The notes below the pieces were generated by a model, which saw nothing but the letters and a program-made list of their open reading frames with translations, was not told the origin of the DNA and ran no database searches. From assembly GCF_000012905.2 (NCBI RefSeq), contig NC_007494.2, positions 900,001 to 932,000 on the forward strand: 32,000 nucleotides of DNA, in the 5' to 3' direction. Source of the DNA: Cereibacter sphaeroides 2.4.1 (GTDB taxonomy: Bacteria; Pseudomonadota; Alphaproteobacteria; Rhodobacterales; Rhodobacteraceae). Shown piece after piece: positions 21,844 to 30,775 of the stretch (positions are counted from its first letter, which is position 1; the number at the start of each line of letters is the position of its first letter). The position numbers and the translations under genes were made by a program.

Positions 21844-22560
21844 ATGGCTAAGCCCCTGCGCATCCTGATCGGCTGCGAGACCTCGGGCGTGATGCGCCGG
21901 GCCTTTGTCGCCCGCGGGCATGACGTGTGGTCCTGCGACCTCCTGCCGGCCGAGGATCGGTCGAACCGCCATATCGTGGGCGACGTTCGGGACCATCTGT
22001 CAGACGGCTGGGACCTGCTGATCGTGGCGCACCCGCCCTGCACGCGGCTCTGCAACAGCGGCGTCCGGTGGCTGCACGAGCCCTCGAAGCGCCTGCCCGA
22101 GACCTATGCGGCGGCGGAGCGCGAGGCTTTCGCCCGGATGGGTCGCAAGGAGCGGCTGGCCTTCCTGTGGGCCGACCTCGACCGCGGCGCGGCGCTGTTT
22201 GCGGCCTGCTGGCAGGCGCCGGTGCCGCGCGTGGCGGTCGAAAACCCGGTAATGAACCCGCACGCGCGAGCTCGTCTGCCGGCAGATCTGCCGCGGCCGC
22301 AGACGGTGCAGCCCTGGTGGTTCGGCGAGCCCTTCTTCAAGGCGACGAGCTTTTATCTGCGCGGCCTGCCGCGGCTCGCCGCCACCGACCGGCTGACGCC
22401 GCCCCGGCCCGGCACGCCCGAGCACAAGCGCTGGTCGGCCGTCCACCGCGCGCCGCCGGGGCCCGGCCGCTGGAAATTCCGCAGCCGCACCTTCGAGGGC
22501 GTGGCCGAGGCCTGCGCCGATCAGTGGAGCGGATGGGCCGCAGAGGAGGCCGTGGCGTGA
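21844..22560 (+). CDS. Short DNA (cytosine-5)-methyltransferase-like protein (238 aa)
   Basis: ILIGCETSGVMRRAF (motif I-like), LIVAHPPCTRLCNSG (PPC catalytic-type motif IV), VAVENPV (ENV-type motif VI). It is too short to carry a typical target-recognition domain. Confidence 0.5.
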   Translation: MAKPLRILIGCETSGVMRRAFVARGHDVWSCDLLPAEDRSNRHIVGDVRDHLSDGWDLLIVAHPPCTRLCNSGVRWLHEPSKRLPETYAAAEREAFARMGRKERLAFLWADLDRGAALFAACWQAPVPRVAVENPVMNPHARARLPADLPRPQTVQPWWFGEPFFKATSFYLRGLPRLAATDRLTPPRPGTPEHKRWSAVHRAPPGPGRWKFRSRTFEGVAEACADQWSGWAAEEAVA

Positions 22561-22648
22561 TCCTACCGTGGGATCGGTCCGTGGCCGCTGGAGCTGTCGA
22601 GATCACGATGAGGGACATGGCGCGGATGCGCCGGGAAAGGAGGCAGGC

Positions 22649-22927
22649 ATGAGCGACACGAGGCCTTTCACCCCTGACATGCTGGCGGACCGCTGGGGCT
22701 GCTCGGCCGAGACCGTGCGCCAGCTGGTCAAGTCCGGCCGCTTGTCCGGGTTCAGGGTGGGACGCATGATCCGAATCCCAGCACGATCAGTGGAGGACTA
22801 CGAATGCGCGAGTATCGGATCGGCCGCCTCAACGGGCGGTTCGTCGTCTCATGGTGGGAGGATGGAGCCCGAAGGCGCTATCGTCTTGACGCACGCACGC
22901 GAGCGGAAGCCGAGGTCGAGGCGCTAG
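22649..22927 (+). CDS. xis: Excisionase-family HTH protein
   Basis: AAGGAGG ribosome-binding site. FTPDMLADRWGCSAETVRQLVKSGRLSGFRVGRMIRIPARSVEDY is an HTH_17/MerR-type excisionase pattern. It lies directly upstream of int, and its tail overlaps int by 124 nt. Confidence 0.65.
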   Translation: MSDTRPFTPDMLADRWGCSAETVRQLVKSGRLSGFRVGRMIRIPARSVEDYECASIGSAASTGGSSSHGGRMEPEGAIVLTHARERKPRSRR

Positions 22928-23802
22928 ACCGGATCCGCAGGGAGACCCTGCCCTCCGGGGCGACGACCGTCCGAGACCTGTGGGCGGCCTATCTTGCCGA
23001 TCGCAAGGGCCGCCCGGTCGAGCGCAACATGCGGTCCAGCGGCAACGCGGTCCTGCCGCATTTCGGCGCGCTGCGGCCCGATCAGATCACGCCGGAAGCC
23101 TGCCGGAGCTACACCAAGGCACGGCGCAAGACGGTCTCCGTCGGCACCGTCTGGACGGAGCTCGGCCACCTGAGGACATGCCTGCTCTGGGCGGCCAAGC
23201 GCGGCCTGATCCAGGTGGCGCCGCACATCGAGAGGCCAGCCAAGCCGGCGCCGCGCGACCGCTATCTGACGCACGCCGAGGTTTCGAGGCTGATGGAGGC
23301 CGAGTGCGAGCCCCACATCAAGCTGGCGATCACCGTCCTGCTGACGACGGCGGCTCGCGTCGGTGCGGTGCTGGAGCTGACATGGGATCGGGTTGACCTC
23401 GAGCGTGGGCAGATCCGGCTGCGGGTGGAAGCCGAGGGGCCGCGGAAAGGCCGGGCGACGGTGCCGATCAACAACACACTCCGCGCCGCGCTGACATCCG
23501 CCCGCGCGGCCGCGCTGTCTGATCATGTGATCGAGTGGGCGGGCGGGCCGGTCAAGTGCATCCGCAAGGGCTTCCTGCGGGCGGTTTCCAATGCCGGCCT
23601 GTTGGACGTGACGCTGCACACCTTGCGCCACACGGCCGCGGTCCACATGGCCGAGGCCGGCGTGCCCATGGACGAGATCAGCCAATATCTCGGCCACTCG
23701 AACGTGCAGATCACCTCCAGCGTCTATGCGCGATTCTCTCCGCAGCATCTACGGAAGGCCGCGGATGCGCTGGAATTCGGGGCTCTGCGGGTCGTGAAAT
23801 GA
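22804..23802 (+). CDS. int: Tyrosine recombinase / phage integrase
   Basis: 332 aa. Catalytic-type residues in TTAARVGAVLELTW (Arg), LHTLRHTAAVHM (H-x-x-R), LGHSNVQITSSVYARF (His/Tyr). GAGGA ribosome-binding site. Adjacent to a tRNA gene. Confidence 0.9.
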   Translation: MREYRIGRLNGRFVVSWWEDGARRRYRLDARTRAEAEVEALDRIRRETLPSGATTVRDLWAAYLADRKGRPVERNMRSSGNAVLPHFGALRPDQITPEACRSYTKARRKTVSVGTVWTELGHLRTCLLWAAKRGLIQVAPHIERPAKPAPRDRYLTHAEVSRLMEAECEPHIKLAITVLLTTAARVGAVLELTWDRVDLERGQIRLRVEAEGPRKGRATVPINNTLRAALTSARAAALSDHVIEWAGGPVKCIRKGFLRAVSNAGLLDVTLHTLRHTAAVHMAEAGVPMDEISQYLGHSNVQITSSVYARFSPQHLRKAADALEFGALRVVK

Positions 23803-23865
23803 CCGCGCGTAGGTTCAATGAACCCGAGCGCGTCTCGCACTTCCAGAAAAAACCGTGTGTTTTCA

Positions 23866-23941
23866 TGGTGGGTGGTGAGGGGCTCGAACCCCCGACATCC
23901 TCGGTGTAAACGAGACGCTCTACCAACTGAGCTAACCACCC
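23866..23941 (-). tRNA. tRNA-Val (anticodon TAC) with encoded CCA
   Basis: A manual fold of the reverse complement gives: acceptor GGGTGGT/ACCACCC; D arm GCTC-AGTTGGTA-GAGC; anticodon arm TCTCG-TTTACAC-CGAGG; variable loop ATGTC; T arm GGGGG-TTCGAGC-CCCTC; discriminator A; CCA. Confidence 0.9.
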
Positions 23942-24325
23942 ATCGCCTGCCCTCTACCCCAGCCGGAGGCCGGTCTGCAAGCGGGCAACGCCCGATCGCA
24001 GCCCGAAGGTCCCGATTCGCGGTGTGGGGAGAACGCGCACCAGACACCGACACTCCCGACGAGGAGCAGGGGGTGGCACGATCATTCCCCGATCCAGCGG
24101 CGGACGACGCAGCGCAGGTGAGGTGACCGCGCGGGGTGGCGCTGCGGAAGCCAGATCGAGGCGCCATGACGATGGAGCAACGCTCCCTCCACGCCGTGAC
24201 CGGGCTTGCGATAGTGCCCGCCGATCCCATCGCCCGTCGGCCTGAGGCCCGGCTTATCTCAGGCCGGGGAGATCTCGAGCGCCTTCAGCCGCTCCCGGCC
24301 CTCATCGCGACGGCCAGCCTGCGCG

Positions 24326-25120
24326 CTACACCGGTGTGCCGGCCCCCTGCCCCGCGGCTTCGAGCGCCGCCACGAGTTCGGCCACGCGCGCGGCATTGTC
24401 GGCGGCGGGCGTCCCGTCGGCCTGCAGGAGGTTGTTCTCGAAGCCGATCCGCATCTTGCCACCTTTCCGGCTCGCGGCCACGAGGCACTCCGTCTCGTGC
24501 GGGCCGAAGGCGCAGATGGCCCAGTCCGCCTCGGGCAGCAGGTCGCGCAGGCGCTGGACCGGCGCCTCCAGATCCTCGGGAGCCGAGCGCTGGCCCGCCG
24601 TGTAGCGGCCGAGCACGATCAGCACCGCAAGACGGGCCTCCGGCACGGTGCCATCGGCCACGGCGGCCGCGAGGCCGGCCACGTCGGTAAGGTCGTAGAG
24701 GATGTGCTGGACGTGGCAGCCGGCCTCGGCGCAGAAGGCGAAGAAGCGGCGCGTCAGGCGCGGATCGGGCTCGGCCGAGATCTCGCGGAAGGCGATCGAG
24801 ACCGAGGCCGGGCGCAGCCGCTCGACCAGCGCCCGCTGCTCGGCCGGCGTGTAGCGCCCCACCGCCTCGGTCGTGACCTGAACCGGAAAGCCCGGCGCTG
24901 CGCGGTCGAGCTCTGCCAGAAGCTCGGCATAGAGGCCCGCATCGAGCACATGCCGCCCCTCGGCATCGCGGACATGGGCGTGAAGCCCGTCCGCCCCCGC
25001 CGCCCGTCCGGCGCGGGCCGCCGCGACGATCTCGGGGATCGTCACCGGCAGGGCGGGATGATCGGCCTTGGTGAGCCGCGCGCCGGTCGGCGCCAGCATG
25101 ATCCGGGGCAGCACCGCCAT
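24326..25120 (-). CDS. BKACE family enzyme (3-keto-5-aminohexanoate cleavage-like, DUF849)
   Basis: 264 aa from the ATG at 25120. IMLAPTGARLTKADHPALPVTIPEIVAAA......GA..LH.HVRD..G.H.LD is the typical BKACE N-terminus. Confidence 0.75.
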   Translation of the reverse strand: MAVLPRIMLAPTGARLTKADHPALPVTIPEIVAAARAGRAAGADGLHAHVRDAEGRHVLDAGLYAELLAELDRAAPGFPVQVTTEAVGRYTPAEQRALVERLRPASVSIAFREISAEPDPRLTRRFFAFCAEAGCHVQHILYDLTDVAGLAAAVADGTVPEARLAVLIVLGRYTAGQRSAPEDLEAPVQRLRDLLPEADWAICAFGPHETECLVAASRKGGKMRIGFENNLLQADGTPAADNAARVAELVAALEAAGQGAGTPV

Positions 25121-25160
25121 CAGCCGCGCCGCCCTGAGACCGGCGCCCCGTCGCGCCCGC

Positions 25161-26489
25161 TCATGCCGCGAGGGCGCGGTCGAGCGCGCCCGAGAGCTTG
25201 TCCACCAGCTCGTCGAGTTCGGCGTCCGAGATGATGAAGGGCGGCGCGAGCAGGATATGGTCGCCCCGCACCCCGTCGAGGGTGCCGCCCATCGGATAGC
25301 AGATGAGGCCGCCTGCGAAGGCCTCGGCCTTGATCCGGGCATGGAGCTTCCGCGCCGGATCGAACGGCTCCTTCGTCTCGCGGTCGGCCACCAGCTCGAT
25401 GCCGCGGAAGAGACCGCGGCCGCGGATGTCGCCCACATGGGGATGCTGGCCCAGCCGCTCCTGCAGGAGCGCCTCGAGCCGCGCGCCCTGCCGCCGGACC
25501 GCCTGCAGGAGATCGCGGCCCTCGATCTCGTCCAGCACCGCATTGGCCGCGGCGGCGGCCATCGCATGGCCCATGTAGGTGTGGCCGTGCTGGAAGAAGC
25601 CCGAGCCCGCGGCGATGGCGTCGTAGATGCGGCCCTGAACCAGAAGCGCGCCGATGGGCTGGTAGCCCGCGCCGAGACCCTTGGCGATGGTGATCATGTC
25701 GGGCGCCACGCCATCTTCGGCGCAGGCGAAGAGATGGCCCGTCCGGCCCATCCCGCACATGACCTCATCGAGAATGAGCAGCACCCCGTGCCGGTCGCAG
25801 ATCTCGCGGACGCGCTTGAGATAGCCCGGCACGGCCGGCACGGCGCCCGCCGTGGCCCCCACCACCGGCTCGGCCACGAAGGCCATCACCGTCTCGGGAC
25901 CGAGGCGCTGGATCTCGGCCTCCAGCTCGTCGGCCACGCGCAGCCCGTAGGCCTCGAGGCTCTCGTCCTCGGCCCGGCCGCGATATTCGTAGCAGGGCGA
26001 GACATGGGAGGTCTCGACCAGAAGCGGCGCGAACTGGGCCCGGCGCCATTCGTTGCCGCCTGCGGCCAGCGCGCCGAGCGTGTTGCCGTGGTAGCTCTGG
26101 CGGCGGGCGATCACCCGGTGCCGGCCGGGCTGGCCCACTTCCATGAAATACTGCCGCGCGAGCTTCAGCGCCGCCTCGACCGCCTCGGATCCGCCCGAGA
26201 CGAGATAGACCCGCTCGATCCCCTCGGGCGCCGCCGCCGCCAGCCGGTCGGCCAGACGCTCGGCCGGTTCGGAGGTGAAGAAGCCGGTATGGGCGAAGGC
26301 CAGCCGGTCCAGCTGGTCGTGGAGCGCCGCGCGCACCGCCGCGTTGGAATGGCCGAGGCAGGAGACCGCCGCCCCGCCCGACCCGTCGAGATAGCGCCGG
26401 CCCTCGGTATCGAGGATGTAGCAGCCCTCGCCCTCAGCGGCGACGGGAAGGCTGCCCCGGGTGGAGCGGCCGAAGATATGTCCGGGCAT
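25161..26489 (-). CDS. Class-III (omega) aminotransferase, PLP-dependent
   Basis: 442 aa. SGSEAVE.ALKLARQY, YHG.T.GAL, LILDEVMCGMGRTG..FA, PD..T.AKGL.GGY.P. Confidence 0.9.
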   Translation of the reverse strand: MPGHIFGRSTRGSLPVAAEGEGCYILDTEGRRYLDGSGGAAVSCLGHSNAAVRAALHDQLDRLAFAHTGFFTSEPAERLADRLAAAAPEGIERVYLVSGGSEAVEAALKLARQYFMEVGQPGRHRVIARRQSYHGNTLGALAAGGNEWRRAQFAPLLVETSHVSPCYEYRGRAEDESLEAYGLRVADELEAEIQRLGPETVMAFVAEPVVGATAGAVPAVPGYLKRVREICDRHGVLLILDEVMCGMGRTGHLFACAEDGVAPDMITIAKGLGAGYQPIGALLVQGRIYDAIAAGSGFFQHGHTYMGHAMAAAAANAVLDEIEGRDLLQAVRRQGARLEALLQERLGQHPHVGDIRGRGLFRGIELVADRETKEPFDPARKLHARIKAEAFAGGLICYPMGGTLDGVRGDHILLAPPFIISDAELDELVDKLSGALDRALAA

Positions 26490-26493
26490 CGGG

Positions 26494-26919
26494 TCAGGTC
26501 CTTACGACATAGACGGATTGGCGGGCGTGACGCACCACGCGCGCGGCATTCGGGCCGAGGAGATAGTCGCTGAACTCGGGCCGGTGCGCGCCGATCACGA
26601 TCAGATCGACCTCGAGCTTGCCCGCCGCGCGCAGGATCTCGTCATAGATCGTGCCGTGCAGCACATGGGGATGGACCGCCACCCCCTCGGGCACGTTATC
26701 GGCCACCCAGGCCGACAGCGCCTTGCCCAGAGCCTTGAGCGCCTCCTGCTCGTAGCCCTGCCGGAAGAAGCCCGAGACCTGTGCATAGCCATAGTCCGGC
26801 AGAACCGCCACGACATGCAGCGTCCCTTCGGGATCGAGCAGTTTCAGCGCCTCGTTCAGCGCCGCGGCGGGGGCCGTGGGATTGCCCAGATCGATGGGCA
26901 GCAGGATGGTTCTGGCCAT
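26494..26919 (-). CDS. Universal stress protein (UspA family)
   Basis: 141 aa. ILLPIDL..., DLIVIGAHRP......LGPNAARVVRHA...V.VVR. Confidence 0.85.
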   Translation of the reverse strand: MARTILLPIDLGNPTAPAAALNEALKLLDPEGTLHVVAVLPDYGYAQVSGFFRQGYEQEALKALGKALSAWVADNVPEGVAVHPHVLHGTIYDEILRAAGKLEVDLIVIGAHRPEFSDYLLGPNAARVVRHARQSVYVVRT

Positions 26920-26940
26920 GGTCTCCTCCTTGGTGCGCGC

Positions 26941-29575
26941 TCAGAAGGCGGGCTTGGTCTGCCGTCGCCGCTGAAGCGCGATGACGAGCCCCAGAAGCAG
27001 CAGCGCCGGAATGTAGAAGAGCTGCTTCGGCGGCCGGTGCGCGGGGCTTTGCAGCGACGAGACCTCGACCCGTTCGGTGCCGTAGAAGTCGAAGCCCTGC
27101 AGCTTCTGCTGGTAGTCGGTGCCGAACATCGGCTCGTCCATGTAGAGCCGCCCCTCTTCGGGCAGCAGGAGAAGCCCGGCCGCCTCCGCCCGTCCCGTGG
27201 CCGGCGCCTCGGCTTCGACCGTGTGGACCATCGTCAGCCGCGTGGGCCGACCGGTGGCGAAGTCCGGGCCCTGCACCACGAAGCGCACCGTCTCGCCGGG
27301 TTCGGCCGCATCGAAGGCCTGGGCAAGCTCGGTCGGCGGGCGTTCCTCGAAGCGCGGCAGGATCCGGTCGAGCCAGAAGCCCGGCACGAAGAGCGTGAAG
27401 GCCACGAGAAGGAGCGCCGCGCTCTCCCACAGCCGCGAGGGCGCGAGGAAGTAGCCCTGGGTCGCGGCGGCAAAGAGGAGCATCGCCACCGTCGCCACCG
27501 CGAAGACGCCCACGGCCTGAAGGATGCCCGCCCATGTCCCCAGATCGACGCCATAGAGGATCAGCGTCGGGTTGTAGATGAAGAGGAAGGGCAGCGCCGC
27601 CGTCCGCAGCGAATAGAAGAAGGCGGTGATCCCGGTGCGGATCGGATCGCCCCCCCGAGACGGCTGCGGCGGCGAAGCTCGCGAGGCCCACGGGCGGGGT
27701 CACGTCGGCCATGATGCCGAAGTAGAAGACGAAGAGATGCGCCGCGATCAGCGGCACGATCAGCCCCTCCTGCGCGCCGAGCGAGACCACGACCGAGGCC
27801 ATCAGCGAGGAGACCACGATGTAGTTGGCCGTCGTGGGCAGCCCCATCCCGAGGATCAGCGAGAAGAGCCCCACGAGCAGCAGCATGATGAAGAGGTTGC
27901 CGCCCGAGAGCATCTCGACGAGGCCGGCCAGTTCGGTGCCGATCGGGGTCTTGGTCACGGTCGCCACGATGATGCCCGCCGCCGCCGTGGCGACGCCGAT
28001 GCCGATCATGTTGCGCGCGCCCGCGATCATGCCCTCGATCAGGTCGCCGAAGCCCGCGCCGAAGGCCTGCCCCACATCCTCGCCGCGGAACAAAGCCTTC
28101 AGCGGCCGCTGAGTCACGATGATGAAGATCATCACCGCCACGGCATAGAAGGCCGACTTTCCGGGCGACTGCATCTCGATCATCAGGAACCAGACGAGGA
28201 CGAGGATCGGCAGCAGGTAATGCAGGCCGGTGGGGAAGACCTCGGCCACCGCGGGGAGCCGGATCTGGCGCGCGTTCGGATCGTCGAGCGCGAGATCGGG
28301 CCGGCGCGCCGAGACGCGCACCATCAGCACATAGGCCAGGCCCAGCACGGCCATCACGATCCAGTCCGAGATCCCGGGTGCAGCCCCGCGCAGCGCCTGG
28401 ATCGCCCAGACGAGGCCGGTGAAGGCTGCGCCCGTCACCACGAAGCCCACAGCGATCTTCGCGAACATGCGCCCGAGGTTGGCCGCCGGTCCGAGCGCGG
28501 GCATGTCCTGCTTCAGCGCCTCGAGATGCACGATATAGACCAGTGCGATGTAGGAGATCACCGCCGGGATGAAGGCGTGCTTGATGACCTCGACGTAGGA
28601 GATGCCCACGAACTCGACCATCAGGAAGGCGGCGGCGCCCATCACCGGCGGCATGATCTGCCCGTTGACCGACGAGGCCACCTCGACCGCGCCCGCCTTT
28701 TCCGACGAGAAGCCCACCCGCTTCATCAGGGGGATGGTGAAGGTGCCCGTCGTCACCACGTTGGCGATGGAGGAGCCGGAGATGAGGCCCGTCATGGCCG
28801 AGCCCACGACGGCGGCCTTGGCAGGTCCGCCGCGCAGCGCGCCCAGACCCGCGAAGGCCAGCTGGATGAAGTAGTTGCCGGCTCCCGCCTTGTCGAGCAG
28901 CGCCCCGAACAGGACGAAGAGGAAGACGAAGGCCGTCGAGACGCCGAGCGGAATGCCGAACACGCCGTTGGTGTCGAGCCACTGGGCATTCACGATCGAG
29001 GTGAAGGAGAGGCCCGAATGGGCGATGATGTCGGGAATGAGCCAGCCCTGCCCGACCCAGGCGTAGAGCAGGAAGATCGCCCCCACCACGGTCAGCGCGG
29101 GCCCGAGCGCGCGGCGCGAGGCCTCGAGGAGGAGCACGATCCCCACCGCGCCCACCACGATCTGGGTCTGGGTCGGCAGGCCTGCGCGCGCGGTCGCGGC
29201 CAGCTCGCGCGAATAGAGGAAGACATAGAAGGCGCAGCCCGCCCCCGCGAGGGCCAGCACCCAGTCGAGGATCGGCACCCGGTCGCGCGGCGAACTCTTC
29301 AGCGCCGGATAGGCGAGGAAGGCCAGCAGGATCGCGAAGGTCAGGTGGATGGGCCGGGTCTGCGACGAGTTCAGCACGGGCAGATACTGGCCGAACCAGA
29401 GCTGCGGCTGCGCGATCCAGAGCTGGAACAGCGACCACAGGAACGCCGTCGCCGCGATCAGGATCGCGACGGTGCGGTTGGAGGGATTTCGTCCGCCGCT
29501 GTCGGTGCTCGCGACGAGATCCTGAAGCTCCTCGTCGGTGAAGCTGCGGCTCTTCGGCTGGGTCTCGTCTGTCAT
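26941..29575 (-). pseudogene. TRAP transporter fused permease (TAXI-type, with a C-terminal DUF3394-like region), interrupted by a +1 frameshift in a C7/G7 homopolymer at 27650-27656
   Basis: The reading frame is permease-like up to ...VGLASFAAAAVSGG and then becomes nonsense. Removing one G restores DPIRTGITAFFYSLRTAALPFLFIYNPTLILYGVDLGTWAGILQAVGVFAVATVAM..., which joins the 26941..27513 ORF. This could be a sequencing error. Confidence 0.8.
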
Positions 29576-29653
29576 GCGTCCCTCCTGCGCGAAGGGCCGC
29601 CGCAGCGACAGCTTACGGCGGCCCGGAGATCCCGCCCCGTCAGGGGCGCAGGA

Positions 29654-30628
29654 TCACTTGATGAGGCCGGCCTCGCGGAAATACTTCTCCGCGCCCGGAT
29701 GCAGAGGCGCCGAAAGGCCGTCGCTCACCATCTCCGACGGTTCGAGCTCGGCGAAGGCCGGGTGCAGGCTGCGGAACTGGTCGATGTCGGAGAAGACCGC
29801 CTTGACCAGCGCATAGACCACGTCGTCCGGCGTGTTGGCCGAGGTCACGAGCGTCGCGCCCACGCCGAAGGTCTGGGTGGGTTCGGCATTGCCGCGATAC
29901 ATGCCGCCCGGAATGGTGGCCTTGCGGTAGTAGGGGTTCGCCTCCACCAGCTTGTCGACGGCCTCGCCCGCGACATTGACCAGCACCGCGTCGCAGGCGG
30001 TGGTGGCTTCCTGGATCGAGCCCGACGGGTGACCCACGGTATAGACCATCGCGTCGATGTTGTTGTCGCAGAGCGCCTGGCTCTGTTCGCCGGCCTGCAG
30101 CTCGGAGGTCAGGGTGAAGTCGCCCATCGTCCAGCCGAGTTCCTTCATCAGCACTTCCATCGTGTCGCGCTGGCCCGAGCCCGGGTTGCCCACGTTCACG
30201 CGCTTGCCCTTCAGATCCTCGAAGTTGGCGATCCCGGCATCGGCGCGGGCCACCACGGTGAAGGGCTCGGGATGCAGCGAGAAGACCGAGCGCAGCTCAG
30301 GATAGGCGCCCTGATCGGCGAAGGTGCCCTCGCCCTCGTAGGCCTTGTACTGCACGTCCGACTGGGCCACGCCGAAGTCGAGCTCGCCCGAGCGCACGGC
30401 GTTGACGTTGTAGACCGAGCCCCCGGTGCTTTCGACGGCGCAGCGGATCCCGTGCTCGGCGCGGTTGCGCGACATCATCCGGCAGATCGCGCCGCCCGTG
30501 GGATAGTAGACGCCGGTCACGGCACCCGTGCCGATGGAAATGAAATTGTCCTGAGCGAGGGCCGGCGCCGCCAGTATGGCCAGCGCTCCCGCAAGCGCGC
30601 CCGCCAGAGCAGGTTTCCCTGTTCTCAT
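29654..30628 (-). CDS. TAXI-family TRAP transporter solute receptor
   Basis: 324 aa from the ATG at 30628 (AGGAGG ribosome-binding site). Signal peptide [24 protein letters not shown]...GVYYP.GGAIC......[13 protein letters not shown]....R.GELDFG..QSD is the TAXI signature. Confidence 0.85.
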   Translation of the reverse strand: MRTGKPALAGALAGALAILAAPALAQDNFISIGTGAVTGVYYPTGGAICRMMSRNRAEHGIRCAVESTGGSVYNVNAVRSGELDFGVAQSDVQYKAYEGEGTFADQGAYPELRSVFSLHPEPFTVVARADAGIANFEDLKGKRVNVGNPGSGQRDTMEVLMKELGWTMGDFTLTSELQAGEQSQALCDNNIDAMVYTVGHPSGSIQEATTACDAVLVNVAGEAVDKLVEANPYYRKATIPGGMYRGNAEPTQTFGVGATLVTSANTPDDVVYALVKAVFSDIDQFRSLHPAFAELEPSEMVSDGLSAPLHPGAEKYFREAGLIK

Positions 30629-30693
30629 GTTTCGTTCCTCCTGTTGGTCTTGGCCTCGGATGGGTAATGCATTTGTGATATTTCCCGACCAAC

Positions 30694-30713
30694 GACAATG
30701 CAATTGAATTGTC
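30694..30713. promoter_or_regulatory. Candidate operator in the divergent receptor/regulator intergenic region
   Basis: GACAATGCAATTGAATTGTC is an 18-of-20 palindrome in a lower-GC intergenic stretch. Confidence 0.3.
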
Positions 30714-30775
30714 TTGCCGGAGGACCTTCCTGTGGTAGCGTCCGCCGGATCCAACGGAATGCCGAACCGCCCGCC

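Larger units (their letters stand above)
1..23865. mobile_element. Lambda-like (lambdoid head module, siphovirus-type tail start) prophage. The left end is not in the window or is truncated. The right end lies at tRNA-Val.
   Basis: Contiguous integrase/xis, cI/cro-type switch, replication genes and a Nu1-A-W-B-C-D-E-FII-U-V-G/GT gene order. The integrase abuts the 3' end of a tRNA gene. The att core probably extends into the tRNA (23866-23941). Confidence 0.85.

Noticed and set aside
21492-21851. 119-aa ORF spanning the AT-rich island, and the 61-aa minus-strand ORF at 21617..21802
   Set aside because: The 119-aa ORF starts inside the DUF4326 gene and the 61-aa ORF lies wholly in the non-coding gap. 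Neither has a ribosome-binding site, both have mixed composition with no codon-bias signal, and their sequences are not protein-like. The region is better treated as non-coding.
1-23865. Second att copy (repeat of the tRNA-Val 3' half, GGTTCGAGCCCC.../GGGGCTCGAACC) inside the window, to delimit the prophage
   Set aside because: I found no second occurrence by eye anywhere in the window, so the left boundary cannot be set from this sequence.
23724-24690. ORFs across the tRNA and its flank (23724..24230-, 23818..24126+, 24136..24690+)
   Set aside because: They overlap the tRNA-Val gene or the BKACE gene in wrong frames, and their translations are low complexity. No independent support was found.
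27561-30667. 625-aa minus-strand ORF (27561..29438) and 1013-aa plus-strand ORF (27626..30667) overlapping the TRAP permease and receptor genes
   Set aside because: These are alternative frames of clearly recognisable transporter genes. Their translations are Arg/Gly/Asp/His-rich nonsense.
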